Shown here: in pieces, positions 46,943 to 56,481 of the stretch | Layout of the letters: every line of letters starts with the position of its first letter | Numbering within the stretch: the first letter of the stretch is position 1 | Source of the DNA: an uncultured Verrucomicrobiae bacterium | GTDB taxonomy: Bacteria; Verrucomicrobiota; Verrucomicrobiia; Limisphaerales; Palsa-1400 | Reading direction: 5' to 3' | Assembly: GCA_963764165.1 (NCBI GenBank) | Contig: CAVXRD010000002.1 | Location: 1-64,000, forward strand | DNA: 64,000 bases | Position numbers and translations under genes: made by a program | Notes under the pieces: model-generated | The model's database searches: none | What the model was told of the DNA's origin: nothing | The model's input: the letters and a program-made list of their open reading frames with translations, nothing else

Positions 46943-49255
46943 ATGAAAATGCTCGCCGTTTTTAAACGCTGCCTGACGCTGGCGGCCGGTCTCGTTATCG
47001 CGGTTAACCACGCCCGAGGGGGTTCTTTGTCGTTTACGGACACATGGAAAGACAAGGGCAGCTACAGCGCCTACAATCAGGCTTCTTACGTCAGTTCCAC
47101 GGGATCCTTCACCACTTCAATTTCGCTGCCGCTGGATGGTCTGCTTGATACATCCGAAGTTGATTCAAACTCGGTATTTTCATTGTCTATTGGGCCTGTC
47201 GGGAGCCCTGTGCGAATTGTTTCCGGCACGCTGGGGGATAATAGCACTTATACTTTGGGAAAGAAATCAGCGGTGTTTCCGGTGTATGGAAGCGACGCCA
47301 ATGGCGACCAGATCACCATTGGCAGCATTCATCTTAGTTGGACGAGCACAACCATAACGATTAGTGGATCAGCCACCGCCGACCTTTTAGGGGAGGAGTC
47401 GAGCTTTTTGAGTTCTTCCGGGGGGAATCCAACTAATACGCCGATCAACGGTTTCTACGAAGTAGACGTTTCCTTTGATGCCTCGGACAATGATGGAGGC
47501 ACATTTGGTTATACCAACGAGTATGTTTCAGTGACCGGAAGCGACAGGGAAACTGAATATCCCTCTGCTACCAATAATCAGGAATCCTTGGAGTCCGGTT
47601 CTATCACGGGGACAGCCAATTTGACTCCCCCGAAGTTGACGATCACCTCTCCGTCCTCAAGCTACCAAGTGAACGATGCCAATTATTCCACGCTCGTTCT
47701 GGCAGGAACCGCCAGCGGCCACCTGCCCATCCAAAGCTTGACTGTCACAGTGAACGGACATGCGGATGCTGTGCCGATTGACACGGGAGAGGACACATTG
47801 CCCACGAACTCGGTGCATTGGACGACGGAGGCGATTGATTTGAGTTCTTACGGCGGGCCGGGCGCTAATGCCGTCACGATATATGCCACTGACGTAGCCG
47901 GAAATGTGGCCGAGGTCACGAGGACCTTCAAGTGGACCGAAGCGAACCGCATCATCGTGCAGGTCAGTCCGGCAAATGCCGGCAAAGTGACGGGCATCAA
48001 GAGCAATGAGCTGCTGACTGTGGGGCTGCGTTATCCGGTAAAAGCAACTCCAGCGAATAAGAACTGGATTTTCGCAGGCTGGACAGATGGCTCCGGCAAT
48101 CTGATCACGGATAGCTTAAGCTTTGATTACCTGGATGATGATCTTACGTTCACGAATGGCCCATCTCCGGTGCTGATTGCCAATTTCGTGGCGAACCCCT
48201 TTCAGACGGGTTTGGCGGGAACGTACACCGGACTCTACTTCGACACCGACGGGGCCACTCTTGATGACAGCGGGTCTATAGCGATCACGGTTTCAAAGAC
48301 AGGATCCTTTTCTGGAAAGCTTGTCTACGCGCAGAATGGCAAGTCCTACAGTTTTTCGGGGCAGTTTGCGTCGTCGTTGGATGGCACAATGGAATCTGCA
48401 TACGAATCGATCAAGATTTCGTCCGAGACCAATCTTGCCATGTCGATCGAGTTAACCAACTCAGACACCGGACTCATGAGCGGCTATGTTTATTACCCGG
48501 GCGCCATCTCGGAAGCCGAGATACAGGGACGCATGTCAGCCGCCAACGACGGAATCATTCCAGGTCTGCGCAATTTGTACATTGGAATCGTCTCGTCTGA
48601 TCCTTCCGCCGGACCCGGCGGATATAGTTACGGCAGCGCTACCGTGAGCACGGCAGGCGCTGTTGCTTATTCGCTGCATCTGGCGGACGGCGTGTCGCCA
48701 GCGATTTCGTTCAGCAGCGGCGTTGGCTCGGACGGATTGAGCCCGGTTTTTGCTTCTCTTTCCAAGGGCAAAGGAATGATTCTTGGCTGGGCACAGTTTG
48801 CAACCAACGGCAGCGGTGGAATGGAGACGAATACCCTTACGTGGGACGAGGACTTCTCGGGTTCGAGTTCCACATATACAAATGATTTTGGCTCGACGGC
48901 GGTTATTTCCGGAGACTTTTACGCGCCGCCGAAGGCAGGCGCAAACATCTTTGGCGAGGGAGTCACTTCCGTAACGCTGAGTGTCGATGCTAATTACTCA
49001 GGCTTAACTCTCGAGGACGCAGTGGATTACACCCTCGGTTTCAATCATGTCAAGAATACCTTTACCAACGGGGCCGCCACCCTGAAATGGACGCCATCAA
49101 CAGGCGCATTCACCGGGACCATTCCTTGGACCGGCCGGAAAACGTTTACGGTTAGCGGCGTGATCGTCGACGATCTCGGGTATGGATTTTACACGAATCC
49201 AACCAACAAAGAAACGGGACCGATTCTGATCATCCCGAACGCACCTGGCGATTAG
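46943..49255 (+). CDS. Secreted Ser/Thr/Gly-rich Ig-like protein, paralog of 21161-23612
   Basis: Signal peptide; TPPKLTITSP, WIFAGWTD, IANFVANPF, GTYTGLYFD, GYSYGSATVS blocks align by eye with the other gene. Confidence 0.8.
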   Translation: MKMLAVFKRCLTLAAGLVIAVNHARGGSLSFTDTWKDKGSYSAYNQASYVSSTGSFTTSISLPLDGLLDTSEVDSNSVFSLSIGPVGSPVRIVSGTLGDNSTYTLGKKSAVFPVYGSDANGDQITIGSIHLSWTSTTITISGSATADLLGEESSFLSSSGGNPTNTPINGFYEVDVSFDASDNDGGTFGYTNEYVSVTGSDRETEYPSATNNQESLESGSITGTANLTPPKLTITSPSSSYQVNDANYSTLVLAGTASGHLPIQSLTVTVNGHADAVPIDTGEDTLPTNSVHWTTEAIDLSSYGGPGANAVTIYATDVAGNVAEVTRTFKWTEANRIIVQVSPANAGKVTGIKSNELLTVGLRYPVKATPANKNWIFAGWTDGSGNLITDSLSFDYLDDDLTFTNGPSPVLIANFVANPFQTGLAGTYTGLYFDTDGATLDDSGSIAITVSKTGSFSGKLVYAQNGKSYSFSGQFASSLDGTMESAYESIKISSETNLAMSIELTNSDTGLMSGYVYYPGAISEAEIQGRMSAANDGIIPGLRNLYIGIVSSDPSAGPGGYSYGSATVSTAGAVAYSLHLADGVSPAISFSSGVGSDGLSPVFASLSKGKGMILGWAQFATNGSGGMETNTLTWDEDFSGSSSTYTNDFGSTAVISGDFYAPPKAGANIFGEGVTSVTLSVDANYSGLTLEDAVDYTLGFNHVKNTFTNGAATLKWTPSTGAFTGTIPWTGRKTFTVSGVIVDDLGYGFYTNPTNKETGPILIIPNAPGD

Positions 49256-49670
49256 CGGAAACGCCATCGTCCTCAAGTCTTTCTCGGGAATCGGCGATAT
49301 TATCGTGGGAGATTGCATTCCCACGGTGGAGGTTGAGCATCCCCCTGGGCTTTGCGGACTTTTCCCATTTGAAATCTAAAAGACCGATATGACCGTTTCC
49401 AACAGCACATCGAATTTCAGCACGCAGGTTTCGCCAAGCAGCGCGGCTTCCGTCGCGCAGCTTCATGCGAGGGCCTGATTAGGGCTTCTATCAGATCCCT
49501 CCGCGTTTTCAATGGGGTGCGGATGTGTCTTTGGGTTCCTCTACGCAACTTCTCCGCCGGCGATGTTGAACCAATTCCCCCTTGCGCCAGCTTTGCCGTG
49601 GCAAATAGGCTCGTGAAAAGGCTTGCCGTTTGCCGTCACTTTGCCAAAATGCGCGCTGGTCTGACATTTT

Positions 49671-49711
49671 GCCTCGGTAGCTCAGTTGGTCAGAGCAGTT
49701 GACTCTTAATC
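49671..49711 (+). tRNA. 5-prime fragment of tRNA-Lys(CTT), truncated in the 3-prime anticodon stem
   Basis: GCCTCGG TA GCTC AGTTGGTCA GAGC A GTTGA CTCTTAA TC gives acceptor strand, D arm and anticodon loop CTT. No T arm (GTTCRA) or 3-prime acceptor strand follows. Confidence 0.88.
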
Positions 49712-49733
49712 GAAAAATGCCCATTTTGCTATT

Positions 49734-49861
49734 TTTATCCATCGACATCAATCGAATGCTTCATTCACGACATCAACGAGTTACACGTCTTTCCGCTTTA
49801 TCCATATTTATCAATTTTTTGCTTCAAAATCTCCAAACCGTATAGAAAAGCAGTATAGAAA
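49734..49861. promoter_or_regulatory. att-arm-like region: IHF consensus and tandem direct repeats
   Basis: TATCAATTTTTTG (49809-49821) fits WATCAANNNNTTR; GTATAGAAA at 49840 and 49853; TTTATCCAT at 49734 and 49797. Confidence 0.6.
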
Positions 49862-50272
49862 CTGCGCAGCCCACCGAAAGGCCGACTCAAAATGAAATCT
49901 GTCAAGAGAAATGGTTTTCGTTTGGCATCATGTCAGCATAAGAGTCCATATTCCCCAATCATGGGCACGCGATAAATCGCCTCGGTCGCCCAAATCTTCT
50001 TCCAGGCATCGCCCCAAAATAGTTAGGGCTTCGACAGGCGAATTGGTGGGGGCATTGGAGGAATTACAACAGCCCCGAACCGCATAACACTAAAAGAGGT
50101 TCCGCCCGCTTCCTGACCCCCCCTTACCCAAACAACTCGGCCAGCGCCGAGAGAGCGAGGTTTGTAACGAACTCTAAACGCCGTCAGGACGGCGGCTGAT
50201 AGAGCATTGAATCGGCTGGGGGCCTGGGACGGGAACAACGGAGGAATCAAATATCAGACGAAAGCCCGAACG

Positions 50273-50500
50273 TCACTCATTGGTTGCCTCGCCATCTTTA
50301 GAGGATTGAGGAAGCAAAATGTGGTCTGGACACTTCAAACTTAACAAAGGATCGTAAGAGGACGGAAAGTCGTTTTCGTCAGTCGGGTTCGAGGGATGCC
50401 GCGATTCGTAGCGCCACGCAAGAGGCACACCGATAACGACAACAAAAAAACCAACGACACAAATCACAGTAAAAATCATAAGCCCCCCGACAAAAAGCAT
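50273..50500 (-). CDS. Small membrane protein
   Basis: 75 aa with a long N-terminal hydrophobic stretch; 31 nt downstream of the VirB6-like gene on the same strand. Confidence 0.55.
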   Translation of the reverse strand: MLFVGGLMIFTVICVVGFFVVVIGVPLAWRYESRHPSNPTDENDFPSSYDPLLSLKCPDHILLPQSSKDGEATNE

Positions 50501-50531
50501 AGCATGACAACCTCACTCTGTCACCGCGATA

Positions 50532-51650
50532 TCAATTTTGGTCTTTGCTTCTGTCCATCGCCCTTTTTGCAGCCTTTGCGCCCGTTATATCGTCTTTAGA
50601 GAACCTCGAACCGGAGGAACCAGCCTCTCCGCCGCCTTTGGACCTGCCTCCATTTTGGTAAGCTAAAGTTCCAAGCAGCGGTTGGCTATACCCTTTGCCC
50701 AAGGCCGCACCAGCAACACTAGACGTCGCCGCCGATGCCCCAGCAGCCACCATAAGCCCAGCGGTGAAGGCAGATTTTTCGCCGCGAGTTGCTATCGTTG
50801 CCGCTGTGGTGGCACCGGCAGCCAGTCCAGCAGTTCCGGCGGAGGATGCCCCTGACAACAAGTCTGCCGCAACTTGATACCCCTCGGTCAGAGCTTTCTG
50901 AATAGCCAGAGGGGCGGCAATCGTGCTGAAGATGAGCCACACCCCGAGCAGTCCAAGGCCGATGAAGTTCTGCAAGCCGTAGTTAGCGGTGCCCGAAAGC
51001 GTCGAGCTTTGCATGAAACTTTGATCGGTCATGAACGTCAATAAGCCCTGCGTGACGATGGATGCAACTGCCCAGCCAAGGGGCCACGCCATTACGCCCA
51101 CCAGGCCGACGATATATCGCTGCCCAACACTGCTCAGACTCCGAATCGCCATGAACCCGATGAAAATTGGCGAAAGCGAATAGCCAAGATATAAAATCAT
51201 TTTTTGAACGATGTAGGCGTAAAACATGATAGCGCTCGCCAGCAAGCCAAACAGCCACAGAAAACCGGAAACGATGGCTTCAAAAAGCGTTGCTCCCATG
51301 TGAAACAGCTTATCGGACCAACTTTTTTGAGTGGCGGTTGATTTCCGGGCAACGAGAGCCGCATTGTACTCGTCAAACACCTTGCCGGGATCCGCTTGAA
51401 TAACCTGCGTATCGGTGTCGCTCACGATCTGCGAAATCTGGTTTCCCCATGTCACAAGATACGTCAATAATAGCACAAACACGGCGGTGCGCCCGAACGT
51501 GCGGATATACGCCCCCGGGCTACGGTGCCCCGAAATGGTCGATGAAACGATGCCCACGACCAACAGGACGTATGCCACTGGCATGAGCACGGTTTTCAAT
51601 TGCGAACATTCGCTGAGAAAGTTCGGGAACAGAGAATTAAAGCTGTTCAT
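50532..51650 (-). CDS. TrbL/VirB6-like type IV secretion inner-membrane protein
   Basis: Polytopic protein with LSPIFIGF, WPLGWAV and a Gly/Ala-rich tail; GGAGG RBS before ATG 51650; mobile-element context. Confidence 0.75.
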   Translation of the reverse strand: MNSFNSLFPNFLSECSQLKTVLMPVAYVLLVVGIVSSTISGHRSPGAYIRTFGRTAVFVLLLTYLVTWGNQISQIVSDTDTQVIQADPGKVFDEYNAALVARKSTATQKSWSDKLFHMGATLFEAIVSGFLWLFGLLASAIMFYAYIVQKMILYLGYSLSPIFIGFMAIRSLSSVGQRYIVGLVGVMAWPLGWAVASIVTQGLLTFMTDQSFMQSSTLSGTANYGLQNFIGLGLLGVWLIFSTIAAPLAIQKALTEGYQVAADLLSGASSAGTAGLAAGATTAATIATRGEKSAFTAGLMVAAGASAATSSVAGAALGKGYSQPLLGTLAYQNGGRSKGGGEAGSSGSRFSKDDITGAKAAKRAMDRSKDQN

Positions 51651-51675
51651 AGTTCCTCCGTGTGTTTTTCGCGGC

Positions 51676-52278
51676 TCAGACGCGAATTGCCCGCGATTGG
51701 GTGATGGCGGGGGTAAGAGTTTCCGATTCAACCTGGGATGGATTGATCTCGTGCTCGCAACGTCGGCCCACCGCCTCGACGACCCGTCGGCAATTTAATT
51801 CGGGCTGTTCTTCCGCCAGCGTTTCTCGAATTTTTGCCGCCAAATCCGAGGCGAGCAGTTGGAGCGTTTGCCGCTCGTTTTCCACGAAATCCTGCAAGAC
51901 CTGGCGCTCGTTGTTTCCAGTGAGAAGAACTTCGGCGGAGCCGTTGGTCTGAGCGTAGCGGGAATTCTCGGCGAACCGTTCCACCACTGCGACTTCGTCG
52001 CCTTTGCGGCAGAGCAACACTTCACTTTGGGTTAATTGCACGAGAGTGCGCCGAACGTCCCAGGGTTCACCCAGCAATCGAATTTGTCCTCCCCCGTTTG
52101 CCGTCGATTCACCGGAGGTTTCAATGGCGCGCAACGCTTGCCCGATAGCGGTGATGTCCGTCAATTCGGGTCGGGCCGTCGCCACCGCGTTTTGATACGC
52201 TTCGTTTTCCTCGTCGGTGAGGCGTCCGCTGTAATGCGGAACTTCATGGCGAGCGGGCAGTCCATTTCTCTTAATCAT
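51676..52278 (-). CDS. Hypothetical ICE protein
   Basis: 200-aa ORF between the Xis-like and VirB6-like genes; ends ...ITQSRAIRV. Confidence 0.7.
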   Translation of the reverse strand: MIKRNGLPARHEVPHYSGRLTDEENEAYQNAVATARPELTDITAIGQALRAIETSGESTANGGGQIRLLGEPWDVRRTLVQLTQSEVLLCRKGDEVAVVERFAENSRYAQTNGSAEVLLTGNNERQVLQDFVENERQTLQLLASDLAAKIRETLAEEQPELNCRRVVEAVGRRCEHEINPSQVESETLTPAITQSRAIRV

Positions 52279-52283
52279 ATCGT

Positions 52284-52499
52284 TTACTCCGATTTTAGAA
52301 GTTTCACTAACTCAGTTCGGGGAATCAGAAATTTCCCACGCAAGGCGCGGCAGGGTTTCAATTTGCCGCGCTGAATCAAACGGTAGATGCTGAAGTAATG
52401 CACGCCGAGCATTTGAGCCGCTTCTTCAATTGAATAAGCCAGCCTCTCCGTGGCGGCGGGCGGCGCAACGGCGGGCGTGATCGATGTCATCGTTTCCAT
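52284..52499 (-). CDS. Excisionase-like helix-turn-helix protein (HTH_17)
   Basis: LAYSIEEAAQMLGVHYFSIYRLIQRGKLK...FLIPRTEL. Confidence 0.85.
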   Translation of the reverse strand: METMTSITPAVAPPAATERLAYSIEEAAQMLGVHYFSIYRLIQRGKLKPCRALRGKFLIPRTELVKLLKSE

Positions 52500-52535
52500 G
52501 CCCGCAAAGATAGCGCACGGAAGCAAAGGAGTTGT

Positions 52536-52838
52536 TCAGCTACCTGAACAAGATTTCGGCTTCCTTTTGCACTGCAACAATTCCTCCAGCGATTCTCGCA
52601 GGTGGCCGTTGCCGTTGACCGGAGGATAAAGGTCCGTGATCGGAACTTTAAGGACATTGGCAAAATATAAGAGTTGCGTGTCCGTGACCTTATGAATTTT
52701 GGCTTCGATTTTAGCCAGACATTCGCGGCTAATGTCGTAGCCCTTGAGTTGCAGTCTGACGGTGAGTTGTGTCTGGGAGCACCCCTGTTGGTTACGGAGC
52801 CGCCGAATTTGCGGCCCCACGACGTTTAGATAATACAC
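52536..52838 (-). CDS. XRE-family transcriptional regulator
   Basis: NVVGPQIRRLR...SQTQL...ISRECLAKIE...FANVLKVPITDL; AGGAGG RBS before GTG 52838. Confidence 0.85.
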   Translation of the reverse strand: MYYLNVVGPQIRRLRNQQGCSQTQLTVRLQLKGYDISRECLAKIEAKIHKVTDTQLLYFANVLKVPITDLYPPVNGNGHLRESLEELLQCKRKPKSCSGS

Positions 52839-53268
52839 GTTGCCTCCTTTGCTTTGTCCAAGGAGGCAGACCCCACACAAGCGGCTGTCTCACGAGTCCG
52901 TTTCAACAATTATCTTCAGCGTGTAACGGTCAAAAACGCGACTTGATAAGAGAAGCTCCTCAGCAAAACACCTGTAGCTTATTTTAGGCCAGCCACGAGG
53001 GAAAAATTGATCAAGCAGACATTGAAAACCTCGTCGGAAAAAAATTCCAAAAAGTGTCAAATGAAACAAAATCTCTTGCAGACTTTGGGTGTCGTATCAG
53101 CTTTTCTCTGAGCGGGAGCCTCGCGCAAAAAGCGCAATTTTCACGCTTGCCGAGGACAAGTTACGGGGACGTTTCGAGTTGGGCAACAAGCCGAACGTTC
53201 CGATCTGAGTCCCAACATCTGCTCTTGGGTCAGAGGAGGGTCTGGCCGCAACGATTCGGTTTGGACGG

Positions 53269-53520
53269 CTACGAGTTCCACCGGGGAACAAAGTGTTGGT
53301 CGCGGAAGGATTCGAGAACCTGTGCGTAGGATTTTCCGGCGGCAAAATATCCGAAGGCGCATTTCCGGCGCAACAAATCCGCCCATTCCTCCACTGTTCG
53401 TTCACGGCAAAGGAACTTCACCCAAGCCCCGAGGCGAAAATGTCGTCCTCCAAGAAGGCATTCCCGTCCTTCGTAGGTGTATTGGGGCGGTTCAGGGCCA
53501 TGATAAGAATCGGTCGCCAT
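53269..53520 (-). CDS. Hypothetical protein
   Basis: 83-aa ATG-initiated ORF co-oriented with its neighbours; no motif recognised. Confidence 0.4.
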   Translation of the reverse strand: MATDSYHGPEPPQYTYEGRECLLGGRHFRLGAWVKFLCRERTVEEWADLLRRKCAFGYFAAGKSYAQVLESFRDQHFVPRWNS

Positions 53521-53566
53521 TAAACGATAAGGTTTGATCTGTCAGTATTAGCCCCAAGCGGGGCTC

Positions 53567-55927
53567 TCAGGGTCTGGAGTCAAGCAATTCGCGAACTTTT
53601 CGCGCCAAGCTGGACGGCGTGAACGGTTTTTGCAGGAGGATGACTCCGTTGTTCAGAACGCCTTGGTGGACAATGGCGCTTTCGGTGTAAGCGGAAGTAA
53701 AGAGTATTTTGGTCTTTGGAAAAAGCGAACGCACGCGGTCCGATAATTCCTTGCCGCTCATGTGCGGCATGACCACATCCGTGAATAACAAATCAATGTG
53801 ACCGACTCCCGGTCGGTGCGCCAGGTTGAGGGCCTCAATTCCGTCACCGGCCGCGAGCACCGTATATCCCAGTTTTTGCAGCAATTCCTCGGTCATCTCC
53901 CGCAGCGCGGGGTGGTCCTCCACCATCAGAATCGTCTCGGCCCCGCGCGGCATGGTTGAGGACGCGGGCGGCTGGACTGGTAACGGCTGCCCTTGCGCAT
54001 AGGGCAGATAAATTTTGAATGTCGTTCCCCGTCCTAGTTCGCTGTAGACAGCGATATGGCCGTGGCATTGTTTTACGATACCGTGGCAGGTAGCCAGCCC
54101 AAGCCCAGTTCCTTTACCAACATCCTTAGTGGTAAAAAACGGCTCAAAGGCGCGCCGCTTGACTTCGTCGCTCATGCCCGGGCGGGTGTCCGTAATTGCC
54201 AGCATAACGTAGGGCCCAGGCTTAAGATCGGGCACGCGACTCGTATAGTCGTTTTCAAGCTCCACGTTTGAGGTCTCAAGCGTAAGTTTGCCGCCATTGG
54301 GCATCACGTCGGCTGCGTTCATCGCGATGTTGATGATGACCTGCTCAATCTGGCCGACATCCGCCCGAACCATCTTGATTCCCGCACCCGGCACAATGCG
54401 CACATCGGTGTCCCGTCCCATCAAATGGTGGAGCATGTTATCCATCCCCAGAATCACCTTGGTCAAATCGATGAGTTCCATGCGCAGCATTTGCTTGCGA
54501 CCGTAAGCCAAAAGTTGGCGGGTCAAACTGGCCGCCCGTTCGGCGGACTTGCCAATTTCGCGGATGGAATGGGAGGCCGGGCTTTCCGCAGGGAGATCCT
54601 CAAGCGCCATTTCGCTGCGACCGATAATCGCGGTCATAATGCTATTGAATTCGTGGGCGATGCCTCCGGCAAGTTTTCCTACCGTTTCAATCTTTTGCGA
54701 CTGAACCAAATGATCCTGCACTCGCTTAAGCTCAAAGGAGCGTCCGAGTTGAGTGCCGACATTGTTGCAAACGCGAAGCACGCCGGGCCCCTCACTCTTC
54801 GTGTCGCGGGCGAAAAACTCCATAACTCCGCCAAGTCCGTTTGCAGTCACAATTGGGAACGCGAACGCGCCGCGCAACCCAATCTGGGCAGCCGTTGCGG
54901 CACGGGGAAATGCCGGGTCCTTGGAAACATCTGGAATCCATATCGGTTCGCCGGTGCCCCAAACTCTGCCGGGAAGCCCGGCACCCTTGGCGAAAGTTAT
55001 GTCGCGCGATACCTGGAGGAAGCCATCAGCACAAAATCCCTCGACCGACCATGTCTCAGCGCATTTCAAAACAGCGGCCCGATGGTCAAGCATCCAAAGC
55101 GCGCCAACATCCTGTTTCAACGCCTCACCGATGACACGCATTGTCTTCTGGGCGCATTCCTGAAAGGTGGCTGATTCCGCCAGAACGCGGCTGACGGCAT
55201 ATTCCAAGTTTAGCTGTTGTTCGGCTTTCTTCCGTTCGGCAACCTCGGTTTGCAAAAGGGCATTGTCACGCCGCAGTTGCCGGGTGAAGCTGGAAACCAT
55301 GAAACTGGCCCCAATTGCTACCACAATGGCAAGGCCAACCAAAAAATCCCCGATCAGGCGGACCCGCGCAATCAGATTGGCGGTTGTCCGCGCCGCTTCC
55401 CTCGCGTTGACTTCAACCAAGCCCGTTAGCTTATTGATCGCGTCAAGATATTGGTTGTAGAGGGGCAACTGGCGCGACAGGGCCAGCGCGGCCGCCTCAT
55501 CATCTCGATTGAGCCGACTCAGAGCCAACACCGATTCGGTCTGCTCCCAGTAGGCTTTCCGTGCTTGCATGACATTTTCATACAAACCGCGTTCCTCGTC
55601 CCCCTCAATCAAACGCTTGTAGCTAGCCAGTTCAGTTGCATTAGTCGTCGCCGTCCGTGTGATGAATGCGTCCAGATGCACGAGTTCTGCTGAGTTCGTC
55701 GCAAGGATATGCTGAAGCACCCGCACCTGAATTTCGCCCACGTCCTGGGCGGTATCGTCAATCAAAGCCAATTTATCCAGCACCACGGATTGTTGCGTTT
55801 GGTTGCGGCTTTCAATGGCTCGAAGGCTGAACCAGAACAGCCCTCCGATCATCAGGAGTATGACGCATAAGATGACAATCGTGATCGTCATCTGCTGGCC
55901 ATTCGAGAACGGCTTCAAGATTTTCAT
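53567..55927 (-). CDS. Hybrid sensor histidine kinase (four-helix-bundle sensor, GAF, HisKA, HATPase, REC)
   Basis: Two TM helices flanking a helical sensor; GLPGRVW GAF; GKLAGGIAHEFNS; GKGTGLGL; LFTDVVMP. Confidence 0.9.
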   Translation of the reverse strand: MKILKPFSNGQQMTITIVILCVILLMIGGLFWFSLRAIESRNQTQQSVVLDKLALIDDTAQDVGEIQVRVLQHILATNSAELVHLDAFITRTATTNATELASYKRLIEGDEERGLYENVMQARKAYWEQTESVLALSRLNRDDEAAALALSRQLPLYNQYLDAINKLTGLVEVNAREAARTTANLIARVRLIGDFLVGLAIVVAIGASFMVSSFTRQLRRDNALLQTEVAERKKAEQQLNLEYAVSRVLAESATFQECAQKTMRVIGEALKQDVGALWMLDHRAAVLKCAETWSVEGFCADGFLQVSRDITFAKGAGLPGRVWGTGEPIWIPDVSKDPAFPRAATAAQIGLRGAFAFPIVTANGLGGVMEFFARDTKSEGPGVLRVCNNVGTQLGRSFELKRVQDHLVQSQKIETVGKLAGGIAHEFNSIMTAIIGRSEMALEDLPAESPASHSIREIGKSAERAASLTRQLLAYGRKQMLRMELIDLTKVILGMDNMLHHLMGRDTDVRIVPGAGIKMVRADVGQIEQVIINIAMNAADVMPNGGKLTLETSNVELENDYTSRVPDLKPGPYVMLAITDTRPGMSDEVKRRAFEPFFTTKDVGKGTGLGLATCHGIVKQCHGHIAVYSELGRGTTFKIYLPYAQGQPLPVQPPASSTMPRGAETILMVEDHPALREMTEELLQKLGYTVLAAGDGIEALNLAHRPGVGHIDLLFTDVVMPHMSGKELSDRVRSLFPKTKILFTSAYTESAIVHQGVLNNGVILLQKPFTPSSLARKVRELLDSRP

Positions 55928-56196
55928 TAGCAAGAAGGCATGGCCTTAGCGTCCAGTAGCCCGTCAAATCCAGGCAGAGCTATATCCGAAAGGATCAAAT
56001 CGAACGGCTGTGTTTCCTGCGCCACCACAAACTCGGTGGCTCTAACGACCCGCGTGATCGTATGATCGACGCCCTCCCTGGCAAGCTCGTGGTGAACCAA
56101 ATCGCAGTCGATGGCGCTGTCTTCCAAAAAGAGAATGCGAACCCGCGACTTGGCGGCGGACCTTTCTCTGTTGTCTCGGGCCGACGGTTCGATCAT
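55927..56196 (-). pseudogene. Truncated response-regulator receiver domain
   Basis: RILFLEDS...FDLILSDIALPGFDGL, then a stop 9 residues later; beta4-beta5 with the conserved Thr and Lys are missing. Confidence 0.7.
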
Positions 56197-56481
56197 GTCG
56201 ATATTGCGACGGAAATAGAGGCGCAGTCTGCCACGGAAAAACGCGTTAGTGGGGCTCATATAGCGTCACGCCAATTGAACGGTCTGGCTCACTGCTATTT
56301 CTGAAATATAATCGCCACCACTCGGTGAAGCTGCTGCGTTGTCAGGCTTGAAAAAATCGTCATGATGTCTGGTTTAAGTGGCATTGTATTGGACAGTCAA
56401 CGCGAAAAGGAGGATCCATTTGTTCCGACCGGGGCGGGGGCCAGTTTGTCGTTGTTAAAGCTAGTAAGCCGGTTTTGGCGA

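Noticed and set aside
49256..49620. Short ORFs between the secreted protein gene and the tRNA fragment
   Set aside because: No motifs, RBS or consistent frame; could be a decayed gene but cannot be supported.
49712..50270. Group I intron interrupting the tRNA
   Set aside because: The break lies in the 3-prime anticodon stem rather than in the loop, no P7-like core or downstream exon was seen, and the sequence looks like an att arm.
49862..50270. Possible oriT or small RNA (hairpins such as gccgtcaggacggc)
   Set aside because: The hairpins are short and no recognisable nic-site or RNA family motif was seen.
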